Source of the DNA: Cloacibacillus sp.
GTDB lineage: Bacteria > Synergistota > Synergistia > Synergistales > Synergistaceae
Assembly: GCF_020860125.1 (NCBI RefSeq)
Contig: NZ_JAJBUX010000093.1
Coordinates: forward strand, 3 to 64,002
Length of the DNA: 64,000 bases
Reading direction: 5' to 3'
Positions 17,671 through 28,507 of this stretch are shown here, piece after piece; position 1 is the first letter of the stretch, and each line of letters begins with the position of its first letter. Below the pieces are notes generated by a model, which did no database searches, was not told where the DNA came from, and saw only the letters and a program-made list of their open reading frames with translations. The translations under genes and the position numbers were made by a program.

Positions 17671-18828
17671 CTAGTTAAGAGGCGCGGACTGAGTCCCCTG
17701 CGGTGCGGAATCCTCCGTCTGCGTGATCGGCGTTATCTGCTGCGGTATCTTATATCCGGAAACCATAACGTTATCTACGGTCTGAACGTAGAAGAGGGTA
17801 CCCTCTTTCAGCTGCTTGTCGTTGCCGCGGATGAGAAATCCTCCGGCAAGGCCGACCGGTCCCAGCAGCAGCGCGCCGCCGAAGCTCGCGCCCGCGGCTC
17901 CGATGATGCCGCTGTCTACATCCATCGCCTTTTTAGCGGCTTCGCCGAGATTGACCGGAACCACGGAGGGACCTAGCACCTCTACGCTGTCTATCCGCAT
18001 CTCTATCTCGGAGGAACGGCCGAAGCTGCGCGGCGGTTTGACCTTTGTAATATGGCCGAATACGCGGCTGCCCTTTGGCGCGACAAGTACGTCTCCAACG
18101 ACGATCTGCTCGTTGAGACCGAGGATGATGATGTCATTGACCTTGACGTTCCGTACAGTAAGTGTGTCAAGCAGCGTGCCCTTGACGATGGTCTCCTTCG
18201 GCAGTTCAAACTGCACGGCGGCAATACCGTCTGGAAGCAGTCTGGTCAGAAGACGTTCCACGCGTGAAACGAGCGGACCGGCCTGGATCGCCCCCTCAAG
18301 TACGCCCTCCATCGAGTCGACGCGCTTGGACAGCGACCAGGTGGGATGTATCTGCTGTTCTATGCCCCATTCGGCGACGGAGAGCTTAAACAGCAGCGAG
18401 GGCTGGGTACCGGTCCCCTTCTCGAGGAAATCTATCAGCGCCGTCTGGCGTTCGGTCAGGCTTCCGGGAAGCTCCCTGCCAAAGACAGTTTTCTCTACGT
18501 CGTTGAGCCTGTTCAGGAGACCTCCGTCGCGGGGCCGTCCGTAGACGATCGTCTCTATTCTTTCAAGCATCTGAAAAGCGGGGGCGGTGTTAAGCGGTTG
18601 AACGATCGTATTCTGCGTACCGGTAGATACGGTGGCCGGAGCCTGCGCAGTGGACGCGGGTGCAGCCGCCGGGACCGCGGACGGCTCGGTGGCCGCCGCC
18701 GTATTGGCCGGTGCCGTGGCGGCGGCCGGCGCCGTCACCGGGGTCGTATCAGTTGCCGCGAATGCCGCCGCGGCGGATAGGATGATGCTCACAGCCATAG
18801 ATATGGCCAGCATACTTTTTTTCTTCAT
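17671..18828 (-). CDS. Secreted/envelope protein of unknown function
   Basis: Signal peptide '[24 protein letters not shown]'. About 60 aa of Ala/Thr/Pro-rich linker, then a globular region, then a Gly-rich hydrophobic segment 'GIIGAAGASFGGALLLGPVGLAGGFLIRG'. I recognise no family. Confidence 0.5.
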   Translation of the reverse strand: MKKKSMLAISMAVSIILSAAAAFAATDTTPVTAPAAATAPANTAAATEPSAVPAAAPASTAQAPATVSTGTQNTIVQPLNTAPAFQMLERIETIVYGRPRDGGLLNRLNDVEKTVFGRELPGSLTERQTALIDFLEKGTGTQPSLLFKLSVAEWGIEQQIHPTWSLSKRVDSMEGVLEGAIQAGPLVSRVERLLTRLLPDGIAAVQFELPKETIVKGTLLDTLTVRNVKVNDIIILGLNEQIVVGDVLVAPKGSRVFGHITKVKPPRSFGRSSEIEMRIDSVEVLGPSVVPVNLGEAAKKAMDVDSGIIGAAGASFGGALLLGPVGLAGGFLIRGNDKQLKEGTLFYVQTVDNVMVSGYKIPQQITPITQTEDSAPQGTQSAPLN

Positions 18829-20447
18829 TATTTTGCCTCCTTTTTTAGCTTTTTCTGCCTGTCAAGCGCCGCCGCGATAAAATCCTTAAAGAGCGGGTGC
18901 GGCTTGACGGGACGAGAAAGGAACTCGGGGTGGAACTGAACTCCGATCATCCATGGATGATTGACGTTCTCCATAATCTCTACCTGTCCGCCGGTCGGGC
19001 AGATTCCTGCCACTTTCATTCCGGCGTCGTCAAACTCTTTGATATATTTGTTGTTGAATTCAAAGCGGTGGCGGTGACGCTCCTCTATTTCGTTGGTGCC
19101 GTATATCCGCTCAGCCTTGGAGCCGGCGCTGATATTACAGGGATAGGCTCCGAGTCTTGAGGTGCCGCCGATGTCTTTGACATTTTTCTGCTCTTCCATC
19201 AGGTAAATGACGGGATCGGGCGTATCCTCGTCCATCTCCAGGCTGTTCGCCATTTTGAGTCCCAGCACGTCGCGCGCGAATTCGATGACGGCGACCTGCA
19301 TGCCAAGGCAGAGGCCGAAATAGGGTATTCCATTTTCGCGGGCGTACTTAGCCGCGGCGATCATGCCCTCGACTCCGCGCTGGCCAAAGCCTCCGGGGAC
19401 CAGTATCGCGTCGGCGCCGCCAAGTATCTCTTCGACATTGCCGTTTTCAAGGTCGCCCGACTCAACGGGAAACATCTTTACCTTAACGCCGTTGGCGATG
19501 CCGGCGTGTGAGACCGCCTCATTAACGCTGAGATAGGCGTCCTTCATCTCCGTATACTTTCCAACCAGCGCGACGACGATCTCTCCCTTAAGGGTGTCGT
19601 GCTTGTGGAGGAATTCTTTCCAGTCCTTCATATCAGGGGCCTTCTGCGTCGGCATGCCGAGCTTTCTCAGCACGAGGTTGTCAAACTTCTGCAAATGAAG
19701 CACTATGGGGATTCTGTAGATCGAATCGGAATCTATCGCCTCAAAGACCGCATCGGCGGGGACGCTGCAAAAGAGGCCGATCTTCTCTCTGAGATCCGGC
19801 CCCACTGGATACTGCGAACGGCAGACGATGACGTCTGGCTGTATACCGATACGGCGCAGCTCGTTGACGCTGTGCTGGGTAGGTTTGGTCTTGAGCTCGC
19901 CTGAGGCCGCGATATAGGGAACGAGGGTGACATGGCAGTAAAGGATGTTTTCCCGACCGACGCGTCCGGCGAACTGGCGTATCGCCTCAAGATATGGAAG
20001 GCCCTCAATGTCGCCGACCGTACCGCCGATTTCGGCAATGACGACGTCATTACCGGCGCCGACATGTTCGATCCGGTCCTGTATTTCGTTCGTGATATGC
20101 GGTATGACCTGCACTGTGGCGCCGTTATAGCCTCCCGCGCGCTCGCGCTGGATCACGGAGGAGTAAACTTTGCCCGTGGTACAGCTGTTCTCGCCCAGGA
20201 TCGCCTCATCTATAAAGCGCTCATAATGCCCGAGATCAAGATCCGTCTCCGCGCCGTCACAGGTCACAAAGACCTCGCCATGCTGGAAGGGACTCATAGC
20301 CCCCGCGTCGACGTTGATATAGGGGTCCATCTTTATGATGCTCACCCTGTAACCGCGGCGCTTCAGCAATACGCCGAGCGACGCGGCGGTGATCCCTTTT
20401 CCAAGAGAAGAAACTACCCCGCCGGTGACAAAAATATACTTAGTCAT
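18828..20447 (-). CDS. pyrG: CTP synthase
   Basis: '[18 protein letters not shown]', glutaminase 'GLCLGMQ' and 'HRHRFEFN'. Start set to the conserved MTKYIF (ATG 20447); the track start at 20456 is a TTG. Confidence 0.93.
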   Translation of the reverse strand: MTKYIFVTGGVVSSLGKGITAASLGVLLKRRGYRVSIIKMDPYINVDAGAMSPFQHGEVFVTCDGAETDLDLGHYERFIDEAILGENSCTTGKVYSSVIQRERAGGYNGATVQVIPHITNEIQDRIEHVGAGNDVVIAEIGGTVGDIEGLPYLEAIRQFAGRVGRENILYCHVTLVPYIAASGELKTKPTQHSVNELRRIGIQPDVIVCRSQYPVGPDLREKIGLFCSVPADAVFEAIDSDSIYRIPIVLHLQKFDNLVLRKLGMPTQKAPDMKDWKEFLHKHDTLKGEIVVALVGKYTEMKDAYLSVNEAVSHAGIANGVKVKMFPVESGDLENGNVEEILGGADAILVPGGFGQRGVEGMIAAAKYARENGIPYFGLCLGMQVAVIEFARDVLGLKMANSLEMDEDTPDPVIYLMEEQKNVKDIGGTSRLGAYPCNISAGSKAERIYGTNEIEERHRHRFEFNNKYIKEFDDAGMKVAGICPTGGQVEIMENVNHPWMIGVQFHPEFLSRPVKPHPLFKDFIAAALDRQKKLKKEAK

Positions 20448-20501
20448 AGAATTCAAAACGCCCCTTTACGCATATCTGAAATTTATCAATATCTGTCCAG
20501 T

Positions 20502-21911
20502 CTATCTGAGATGTCTAAGCGGATTCTGCGGCGTACCGTTGACCCGGACCTCAAAGTGCACGTGGTTTCCCGTAGAACGTCCGGTGCTGCCCACGAGGGC
20601 GATCGTCTGTCCCTGGGACACCCTCATGCCCTTCTGCGCGATAAGCTTGCTGCAGTGGCCGTAGAGCGTAGTCAGCCCCTTTGAATGGGATATGACGACC
20701 GCCTTGCCGTATCCGCCCATCCAGCCGGAATGAACGACCACGCCGGAGGCACCGGCTTTGATCTCCGTGCCGCGAGGGGCGCGTATGTCAAGCCCCGAAT
20801 GGAATACACGGCGTCTGCCGAACGGACTCTTGCGCCATCCAAACGGACTTGATATCTGTCCAAGTACAGGCCAGCGAAAACCTCTGACGCTGCCGCTCGA
20901 AATTTTTACCGTAGCGGTGCGGACACGGCCATTTTTATTCGTCGCGATATGCACTTCAGTGACAGCGACCAGCTTTCCGCCGGGCAGGAATATCTCGCTG
21001 CCGGCGACCAGCGATTCGCTCTTCATCGCGTTGGCAATCAGGACCGACTCCTTTGTCGAACCGTACTTATCTGCAAGCTTGGCGAGGGTGTCCCTCTTCG
21101 CCACCTTGACAAAGATACCGTCCTGATTCGGTATGCGCAGAGCCATTCCCAGTTTAAGGCGGTTTATATTTCCGCCTAGAACCTTCTGGTTCGACCCTAC
21201 GAGCGTATCAACGTCCAGGTTGAATTTATCCGATATTCCCCAAAGCGTGTCTCCCTCTTTGACAATATACTCGGATGTCTCAAGCAGCTTTCCCTTCTTC
21301 GCGATGGCCAGCTCCTCTTTCTGTAGCTTCCTGACAAAGAGCAGCGTCGCGGTTACGTCGTTATGGCTGTCCGGAACATAGAGCACCTCGGCGGGATTCG
21401 GCTTTTCATTTTTCCGCAGACCGTTAGCCTGACGCAGGTCCTCTTCACTGATGCCGAACTCATCGGCGATAGACTTCAAAGTATCGCCGGGCTCAAGAAC
21501 GACCTCGGTCCAGTGGATATCCTCGTCTAGGACGCTCTGGTCGGAGCTGGAGATGCGCCCGTCATTCTTCGAGAGTATGCCGTAAAGCTTAAGCTCCTCA
21601 TCGGTGAGCGTCGGGATACTTGGAAGCGGCCCGATCGCCAGCGGCACTATCTCAGTCTCCTCCTCGGCGGCAGCCGCCGGAGCGGCTCCTGTATTGTTGA
21701 GGAAGTCAGAGACGTCCACAGTAAAGAAGCCCCGGTTGTCTTCGGGGCGTTCCATCACAAATTCGCTGTCAAGGCCGATCCAGTACATGCCTGTATGCTC
21801 CGCCGCTTTGGCGGCGAAGACGACGGCGCTTCCAACCGCAGCCATCAAAAAGATGATGAGGCAAAGAGTCTTCCGTCGTTTTGTTTTACGTATATCATCT
21901 CCGGCTTTCAT
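20502..21911 (-). CDS. LysM-domain M23 family metallopeptidase
   Basis: N-terminal TM, repeated LysM-like segments ('PGDTLKSIADEFGIS', 'EGDTLWGISDKFNL', 'KRDTLAKLADKYG') and the M23 motifs 'HSGLDI' and 'STGRSTGNHVHFEV'. Confidence 0.85.
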   Translation of the reverse strand: MKAGDDIRKTKRRKTLCLIIFLMAAVGSAVVFAAKAAEHTGMYWIGLDSEFVMERPEDNRGFFTVDVSDFLNNTGAAPAAAAEEETEIVPLAIGPLPSIPTLTDEELKLYGILSKNDGRISSSDQSVLDEDIHWTEVVLEPGDTLKSIADEFGISEEDLRQANGLRKNEKPNPAEVLYVPDSHNDVTATLLFVRKLQKEELAIAKKGKLLETSEYIVKEGDTLWGISDKFNLDVDTLVGSNQKVLGGNINRLKLGMALRIPNQDGIFVKVAKRDTLAKLADKYGSTKESVLIANAMKSESLVAGSEIFLPGGKLVAVTEVHIATNKNGRVRTATVKISSGSVRGFRWPVLGQISSPFGWRKSPFGRRRVFHSGLDIRAPRGTEIKAGASGVVVHSGWMGGYGKAVVISHSKGLTTLYGHCSKLIAQKGMRVSQGQTIALVGSTGRSTGNHVHFEVRVNGTPQNPLRHLR

Positions 21912-21954
21912 CGATTCACCTCTTACGATTGTCGTCGCTCGAAAAAGTCAGTTT

Positions 21955-23913
21955 CTAGCCAGCCTTTATTGTAGCAAGAAAATCACGATTCGTGGGCGTG
22001 TTTCTTAATTTATCAAGGATAAGATTTAGAACTTCCGCCTCGTCCATATTTGCGATCTTCCTGCGGAGGCCCCAGATGCGCTGCAGATCGCCCTCGGGCA
22101 CCATAAGCTCCTCTTTGCGCGTTCCTGAACGTGTGATATCGAGGGCCGGGAAGATGCGCTGCTCGGATATCTTCCGCGAGAGGTGGACCTCCATGTTGCC
22201 AGTTCCTTTGAATTCTTCATAAATCACGTCGTCCATACGGCTGCCGGTCTCAACCAGCGAGGTACCGATGATCGTCAGACTGCCGCCGTTTTCTATGTTG
22301 CGTGCGGTGCCGAAGAACTTCTTCGGGAAGTAGAGCGCAGCGGGGTCCATACCGCCGGAGAGCGTGCGTCCCGACGGAGGAACGATAAGGTTTGAGGCGC
22401 GGGCAAGTCTTGTGATCGAATCAAGCAGCAGCACGACGTCCTTCGAGACCTCCACGAGACGCTTCGCCTTTTCAAGGGCCAGCCCTGCGACGCGGAGATG
22501 CTCCTCCGCGGGGCGGTCAAAGGTGGAGGCGATGATCTCGCCGTCCACAGAACGCGCCATATCGGTGACCTCTTCGGGGCGTTCGTCGATGAGCAGCACC
22601 ATAAGTATCACTTCGGGATGGTTTGTCGTTATCGAATGTGCGAGGTTTTTGAGGAGGGTCGTCTTTCCGGCCTTCGGCGGAGAAACGATCAGAGCGCGCT
22701 GTCCTTTACCGATCGGCGCAAATATATCGACGATACGCGTGGCTATCTGTTTGCGGTCCGTCTCCAGCTCAAGTTTTTCGGTGGGGAATATCGGCGTCAG
22801 CGCCTCAAAGTGCGGGCGGCGGCGCGCCTCCTCAGGGTCGGTGAAGTTCACGTTCTCCACGCGGAGCAGCGCCTCATAATGCTCCTGGTCCTTCGGGGGA
22901 CGGATGATGCCCCAGACCACATCGCCGTTGCGCAGACCGAAACGTCTTATCTGCGATGCAGACACATATATATCGTTGCTGCTCGGGAGGAGTCCGGAGG
23001 GACGCAGGAATCCGTATCCCTCGCTCATGCACTCAAGGGTGCCGCCGTTGAAGCGGTAACCGAGGGCCTCCGCCTGCGTCTTCAGGATGTCGTTGATTAG
23101 ATCGTCCTTGCGGCGTGTAGTTATCAAGGTCACGCCGATCTCTTTTGCGATCTTGCGCAGCTCGGCGAGAGTCTGTCCGGCAAGCTGGTTGAATCCCAAT
23201 TTGGGATGCTGGTGGCGTATCTGTCCTCTGTCGTTCTTCTGCGGGTCTACTACGGGGAGGTTTCTGTTTTCCGTGGCGTTTTCGTCGCATACTTCGGCCC
23301 CGTCCTCTGTTTCCGAGGCGGCCTCTATCTCTTTTTCAAGTGCAATCTCTTCATTTTTCTCTTCCGGAGTTTCATCGGCGCAGGGTTCGCTGTCAGCAGC
23401 CTGCGCAAGCTGAACGGCGTCAGGGGTGATCTCATCATCCGCGACGGCCTTGGCCGGCTCCGCAGCTTCTCCGGAGGACGCTTCCGCCTGCGGCGGCTCC
23501 GCCACTTCGACTGTCTCTTTTACAGGGGCCTCCGACTCTTTTTTCGGAGCGCGCCTGGTTCTTTTGACCGCCTTTTTATCTTCCTGTTCGGTGGAGGCAT
23601 CTTTCTCCTCCTCTGGGAAGAGCGTGCCTGTCGCCTCGGCGACGGCCTTCTTTCTGCCGCGGCGGCTCTTTTTTTCCTCCGCTGCAGGTTGTTCCTGGAC
23701 TTCCGGCACTTCAGTCACGGTTTCCTCTTCGTTCTTTTTCCTGACGTAAGTCCTCTTTTTACGAACAGGCGTCTCTTCCGGCGCTTCGGGGGCCGACCCT
23801 TTTATCTCTGCGGTGCTTTCAGCATTTTCAGCGGTTTCACCCCTCTTCGAGGCGGCGCGCCGTCTTACGGCAGCCTTCGGTTCATCTGTGGGTTCTATCT
23901 TTTTCCTTGGCAA
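21955..23913 (-). CDS. rho: Transcription termination factor Rho with ~225-aa charged N-terminal extension
   Basis: Rho_N '[13 protein letters not shown]', an OB/RNA-binding region, P-loop '[11 protein letters not shown]' and '[10 protein letters not shown]'. The N-terminal ~225 aa are a Lys/Glu/Ala/Pro-rich low-complexity region. Confidence 0.92.
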   Translation of the reverse strand: MPRKKIEPTDEPKAAVRRRAASKRGETAENAESTAEIKGSAPEAPEETPVRKKRTYVRKKNEEETVTEVPEVQEQPAAEEKKSRRGRKKAVAEATGTLFPEEEKDASTEQEDKKAVKRTRRAPKKESEAPVKETVEVAEPPQAEASSGEAAEPAKAVADDEITPDAVQLAQAADSEPCADETPEEKNEEIALEKEIEAASETEDGAEVCDENATENRNLPVVDPQKNDRGQIRHQHPKLGFNQLAGQTLAELRKIAKEIGVTLITTRRKDDLINDILKTQAEALGYRFNGGTLECMSEGYGFLRPSGLLPSSNDIYVSASQIRRFGLRNGDVVWGIIRPPKDQEHYEALLRVENVNFTDPEEARRRPHFEALTPIFPTEKLELETDRKQIATRIVDIFAPIGKGQRALIVSPPKAGKTTLLKNLAHSITTNHPEVILMVLLIDERPEEVTDMARSVDGEIIASTFDRPAEEHLRVAGLALEKAKRLVEVSKDVVLLLDSITRLARASNLIVPPSGRTLSGGMDPAALYFPKKFFGTARNIENGGSLTIIGTSLVETGSRMDDVIYEEFKGTGNMEVHLSRKISEQRIFPALDITRSGTRKEELMVPEGDLQRIWGLRRKIANMDEAEVLNLILDKLRNTPTNRDFLATIKAG

Positions 23914-23948
23914 TTCATTAGCCTCCGTTTAATATGAAGAATAAAATA

Positions 23949-24404
23949 TTAATTCTTTCGTATGATTTCAAATTCCAGTTCGCTCAGCCGTTTTGTGGGT
24001 GATGATATCGTTACGCGGTACTTTCCGACTGGAAGGGGCGTGCCCTCTTCACGCAGCAGATAGAACGCTCTGACTCCGTCCTTAGTCATCAATTTCAGAG
24101 GTTCGGACAAGACCAAGTCTTTTCCGTAATACCATGAAACTTCCAAATGATTCCCTTCCGATGCGAAGGAATATTGAAACCACAGGCAGACCTGACGTGT
24201 TCCGTATTGAATGGTGTTCATCACTTTATGGGGAAGCCTGTTGCGGTCGAGTTCCACACAGACAACGGCTTTATCTATGCGGAAGGTACTTCCCAAGAGA
24301 CCTGACTTGAGACTAACTACAATTAACGCTACCAGTATTATGACCGCCACACCGAGCAGTATCAACTGCCTTTTACCGGAACTCTTTGGGTAATTTTGAT
24401 CCAT
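23949..24404 (-). CDS. Membrane-anchored hypothetical protein
   Basis: ATG 24404 (MDQNYPKSS) follows GGTGGA. One TM 'LILLGVAVIILVALIVVSL', then a beta-rich domain. Visibly more AT-rich than its neighbours. Confidence 0.45.
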   Translation of the reverse strand: MDQNYPKSSGKRQLILLGVAVIILVALIVVSLKSGLLGSTFRIDKAVVCVELDRNRLPHKVMNTIQYGTRQVCLWFQYSFASEGNHLEVSWYYGKDLVLSEPLKLMTKDGVRAFYLLREEGTPLPVGKYRVTISSPTKRLSELEFEIIRKN

Positions 24405-24523
24405 CTGTTCCACCAGTCTCTGATTTATTATTTTATCATGAGTTTGTAGGAAAATATATATATTTTCTTCCGTAAAACACAAAAATCTCTACAAAAATAG
24501 GATATCTTACTAAATACGCGGCC

Positions 24524-25393
24524 TCAATCGGGAGAATAAAGCGCCCAGAGCTCTTTAAGCGAAGATATGATCTTATCCTGCGTCGTTATATCGAACCCAT
24601 CGACTGTGAGTTCGGGGAGGCGGCTGATACCGTCCACAGCTCCCAGCCCATTCACAGCCTTCAGCATCGCCAGCTCATCTCCCGCCTCCGGTCCGCGCCA
24701 GCTTCCCCACATAAAAGAGAGCGCCGCGGCCAGCGCATAGGCCCCCCAGTTGCTGACGTCCACGGCGAGCGCGTAATCCGTCCGCACCGTGCAGAGACAT
24801 GAGGCGTAGGCGGGCAGCAGCCTTTTAAGCTCCTCATGGAAGTTTCCCATGCCGACCTCGTTGCCCCCGTCGCCGATGCCAAGCGTCGGGATGCCGCGTT
24901 TCTTCGCCTCCGCGGCCAATTCGTCAAGCGGCGGCGTCCACTCCGAGATATCTATCTTACGGAAGTTGTAATAGCCGCCGTCCTCCGCGCGCCCCAGCCG
25001 TTCTGTGAAAATCAGTCCGTCCGGAGACCCGTCCGCAAGCCGCGGCGGCGCGACCCTCACCAGCCGCTCGGGATACTCCGCGGCGGTGGCGGCGGCGCGC
25101 ATCACCGAAAGACAGAGATCGTCGGTCCATATCTCAGACTCACGTCCCTCACGTAAAAAGGCGCGCGCGAGCATCACCGCGCCGCCGGGACCGTCCGTCT
25201 CCGGAGCGTCGGCCCCCGGAATATAAAACCCCGAGACGACCGCCACCATTTTCAGGGGAGCGAAGGCCGCTGCCGCCCTCTGCCATTCGTCCGGGCGGCA
25301 AAGTTTGGAGACGCCGCGCCCTCCTCGGTCACGTGAAACAAGCGATATGAGCTTTTTAGCATAGGCTTCCGGTAGAACCATATCTGCGGTCAC
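24524..25393 (-). CDS. DUF4392 / D-glutamate cyclase-like domain protein
   Basis: 'APETDGPGGAVMLARAF' and 'GIGDGGNEVGMGN' resemble the motifs I associate with the DUF4392 (DGLUCY C-terminal) family. Confidence 0.45.
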   Translation of the reverse strand: MTADMVLPEAYAKKLISLVSRDRGGRGVSKLCRPDEWQRAAAAFAPLKMVAVVSGFYIPGADAPETDGPGGAVMLARAFLREGRESEIWTDDLCLSVMRAAATAAEYPERLVRVAPPRLADGSPDGLIFTERLGRAEDGGYYNFRKIDISEWTPPLDELAAEAKKRGIPTLGIGDGGNEVGMGNFHEELKRLLPAYASCLCTVRTDYALAVDVSNWGAYALAAALSFMWGSWRGPEAGDELAMLKAVNGLGAVDGISRLPELTVDGFDITTQDKIISSLKELWALYSPD

Positions 25394-25481
25394 GGTATCT
25401 CCTCCATTTGATAACGGTCAAATGCGGTGCGGTGAACTGCCGCCACGTTATTTCCGGCGGCAGACGGGCGTCGTCAAATAT

Positions 25482-26444
25482 CTAAATACTCAGTGTCTCC
25501 ACCAGACGCAGCATATCCGAGTCAAGCGGGTGGTGCTGCGTCCACGCCGTTTCCAGCGGCACGGTCACAATCTCGTCCTTAGTCCTCCCCACCATCATGC
25601 CGCGTTTGCCGTCGATCAGCGCCTCCACGGCCGCCGCTCCCAGGCGTGAGGCGAGAACGGTGTCAAAGCAGGAGGGCGCGCCGCCGCGCTGCAGATGTCC
25701 GAGGACGACTATCCGCGGGTCATAATCGCAGTGCCCCTTCAATTTCTCCGCCAGCTCCGAGGCAGACATGACCCCCTCGGCAAGGACGATCAGCGAATGC
25801 GTTTTGCCGCGCTGCTTGGCGTAATGTATCTTATTCGCGATCGCCTCCAGGTCCACCGGCAGCTCGGGAATCAGCACGAACTCCGCGCCGCAGGCCACTC
25901 CCGTCTCCAGCGCGAGAAAACCGGCGTGCCGTCCCATCACCTCGACGATAAACATCCGGTCGTGACTTGAGGCGGTGTCGCGCAGCTTGCTGATACATTC
26001 CAGAGCGGTGTTGCAGGCCGTATCGAATCCGATGGTGCAGTCGGTGCCGGCCATATCGTTGTCTATCGTGCCGGGGACTCCCACCACATGGACGCCGCGG
26101 TCGTGAAGTTCCTTCGCTCCGCGGAAAGAGCCGTCGCCGCCGATCACCACCAGCGCGTCTATGTCATTCTCCCGCAGCTTGGAAATGCCTGCGTTAATCC
26201 CCTCCGGCCTCATAAAGGCCGGACAGCGCGCGGTACGAAGCATCGTCCCGCCGTGCAGCAAGATCCCGCCGACGGAGCTGCGCGTCAAGGGGACAAAGTC
26301 CCCTTCAAGCAGTCCCTCATAACCGCGGCGTATGCCTACGACCTGCAGTCCATGAAATAAAGCCGTGCGCGTGACGGCGCGTATTGAGGCGTTCATCCCC
26401 GGCGCGTCGCCACCGCTTGTCAAAACCCCGATTCTGCGAAGCAT
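25482..26444 (-). CDS. pfkA: ATP-dependent 6-phosphofructokinase
   Basis: 'IGVLTSGGDAPGMNA', 'VVIGGDGS', 'GVPGTIDND' and 'VEVMGRHAG'. Confidence 0.93.
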   Translation of the reverse strand: MLRRIGVLTSGGDAPGMNASIRAVTRTALFHGLQVVGIRRGYEGLLEGDFVPLTRSSVGGILLHGGTMLRTARCPAFMRPEGINAGISKLRENDIDALVVIGGDGSFRGAKELHDRGVHVVGVPGTIDNDMAGTDCTIGFDTACNTALECISKLRDTASSHDRMFIVEVMGRHAGFLALETGVACGAEFVLIPELPVDLEAIANKIHYAKQRGKTHSLIVLAEGVMSASELAEKLKGHCDYDPRIVVLGHLQRGGAPSCFDTVLASRLGAAAVEALIDGKRGMMVGRTKDEIVTVPLETAWTQHHPLDSDMLRLVETLSI

Positions 26445-26524
26445 ATTTTGTCCCCCTTGTCCTGCTCTCTCAGCCTATTTTTCATCCTCTATTATTATGC
26501 ACGCCCTATTATAACAAACTTTGC

Positions 26525-27226
26525 TCATAACCAATATTCCCCATCTTCCGGCCACGCTCCAGGATGTTCAGGGGAGGAAACCCGCTGCGTCCAGACGAGG
26601 ACCGCCTTTACCTCGGCTCCCGCCCTTTGCAGCGCGAACTTCGCCGCGCACACGGTGCCGCCGGTCGTATATACGTCGTCCACAAGAACGGCGCTTTTTC
26701 CCGTGAGCTCCGGCGAAGCCACGAAAGAATCGAAGCTCAGCGCCCGGCGCGCTCTGCCCCGCTTCTCCGTCTGCGCTCCGCTGCCGGCGCGCCATTTGAG
26801 CAGCCTCGTGCCGACCGGCGTCCCCCACCGCGAGGATATTCCGCGCGCGATCAGCTCCGTCTGGTTGAAGGCGCGGCGGCTGTCCGCGTGAAGCGGCAGC
26901 GGGATCAGCAAGTCAGCCTCCTGCCGTGGAAACAGCCTCCCCATCTCTCGCCCGATCGCCTCTCCGAGCGGCCTCATATTCTTATACTTCAAGGCTAAAA
27001 TAAAGCTGCGCGCGTCTCCGTCATGGATGGCGGCAGCGTAACATGGCACGCTGTCATAACAGCATTCGACGCCGTAGGCACCGCCGCAGTCGGCGCAGAA
27101 GGGCGGCAGCGCCTCTTTCGCCGCGCCACTCAGACAGTCTGGGCAGTACGGCACGGCAAGCCGTCCACAGGCCGGACAGTGCTGAGGAAATATTATGTGC
27201 GAGAGATAGGAAAAGACAGGCCGCAT
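26525..27226 (-). CDS. comF: ComF-family protein (zinc-finger plus phosphoribosyltransferase domain)
   Basis: N-terminal Cys pairs 'CPACG...CPDC' and the PRT motif 'VLVDDVYTTGGT'. Confidence 0.8.
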   Translation of the reverse strand: MRPVFSYLSHIIFPQHCPACGRLAVPYCPDCLSGAAKEALPPFCADCGGAYGVECCYDSVPCYAAAIHDGDARSFILALKYKNMRPLGEAIGREMGRLFPRQEADLLIPLPLHADSRRAFNQTELIARGISSRWGTPVGTRLLKWRAGSGAQTEKRGRARRALSFDSFVASPELTGKSAVLVDDVYTTGGTVCAAKFALQRAGAEVKAVLVWTQRVSSPEHPGAWPEDGEYWL

Positions 27227-27283
27227 AAAGGCTGAAAATCAAAAAGGGGCGGCATCGCGCCGCCCAAACATTCTCTTAAATAC

Positions 27284-28492
27284 TTACGCGAAACGCTCCG
27301 CCGCCCGTTTGAGCGTCTCAGCCTTGTCCGTGCGCTCCCAGGCCGGCATCGGATCAAGGTCGATACGCCCCATATGTCCGTAGGCGGCCAGACGCTTGTA
27401 CTGCGGTTTGCGCAGATCCAGGTCGCGGATGACTGCCGCGGGACGGAAGTCAAAGTTCTCGCGCAGCAGCTGTGTGATCTCCTCGTCCTTTATCTTTCCC
27501 GTGCCAAAAGTCTCTACCATTATCGAAACGGGCTTCGCAACGCCGATCGCGTAGGCCACCTGTATCTGGCAGGCGTCGGCAAGCCCCGCAGCGACGACGT
27601 TCTTCGCCGCGTAGCGCGCCATATAGGCCCCTGAACGGTCCACCTTCGTCGGGTCCTTGCCGGAGAAGGCGCCACCGCCGTGAGGCACAGCGCCGCCGTA
27701 AGTATCGACGATTATCTTGCGCCCCGTCAGGCCGCTGTCGGCCTGCGGGCCGCCCATCACAAAGCGCCCCGTCGGATTGACGAGAATGCGCGGCTTTGTC
27801 GTGATGAGCTGTGCGGGAATGACAGGCTTAATGACATGCTCTATAATATCCGCCTCGATCTGCTTCTGGTCGATCGCGGGGTGATGCTGGGTACTGATGA
27901 CCACTGTATCGACACGCAGCGGCTTGCCGTTCACGTACTCCACCGTCACCTGGCTCTTGCCGTCCGGACGCAGGTATGGCAGCGTCTTATTTTTGCGTAC
28001 CTCGGAGAGGCGGCGCGTCAGCTTCTGCGCGAGCGAGATTGGCAGCGGCATCAGCTCCTCCGTCTCGTTGCAGGCATAACCTACCATGAGCCCCTGGTCG
28101 CCCGCGCCGATGGCGTCTATTTCGTCATCCGAAAGCTCCTTCGCCTCTTTCGCCTTGTCGACGCCGAGCGCGATATCGGGAGATTGTTCGTCTATCGTCG
28201 TGATGACGGAGCAGGTGTCCCCGTCGAAGCCATACTTCGCGCGCGTGTAGCCGACATCCTTTACCGTCTTGCGCGCGATCTTCGGAATATCTACATAGCA
28301 GACCGTGCTTATCTCTCCCGCGACCACTATCAGTCCGGTCGATACCAGCGTCTCGCAGGCCACGCGCCCCATCGGGTCGGCTTCGAGAATGGCGTCAAGC
28401 ACCGCATCGGATATTTGATCTGCGAGTTTGTCTGGGTGTCCCTCCGTCACCGATTCCGACGAAATAAGAAACCTTTCTTTGCTCATGTTCAA
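27284..28492 (-). CDS. metK: S-adenosylmethionine synthase
   Basis: '[18 protein letters not shown]', '[12 protein letters not shown]' and '[19 protein letters not shown]'. Confidence 0.95.
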   Translation of the reverse strand: MNMSKERFLISSESVTEGHPDKLADQISDAVLDAILEADPMGRVACETLVSTGLIVVAGEISTVCYVDIPKIARKTVKDVGYTRAKYGFDGDTCSVITTIDEQSPDIALGVDKAKEAKELSDDEIDAIGAGDQGLMVGYACNETEELMPLPISLAQKLTRRLSEVRKNKTLPYLRPDGKSQVTVEYVNGKPLRVDTVVISTQHHPAIDQKQIEADIIEHVIKPVIPAQLITTKPRILVNPTGRFVMGGPQADSGLTGRKIIVDTYGGAVPHGGGAFSGKDPTKVDRSGAYMARYAAKNVVAAGLADACQIQVAYAIGVAKPVSIMVETFGTGKIKDEEITQLLRENFDFRPAAVIRDLDLRKPQYKRLAAYGHMGRIDLDPMPAWERTDKAETLKRAAERFA

Positions 28493-28507
28493 ACACCTCC
28501 ATAATAA

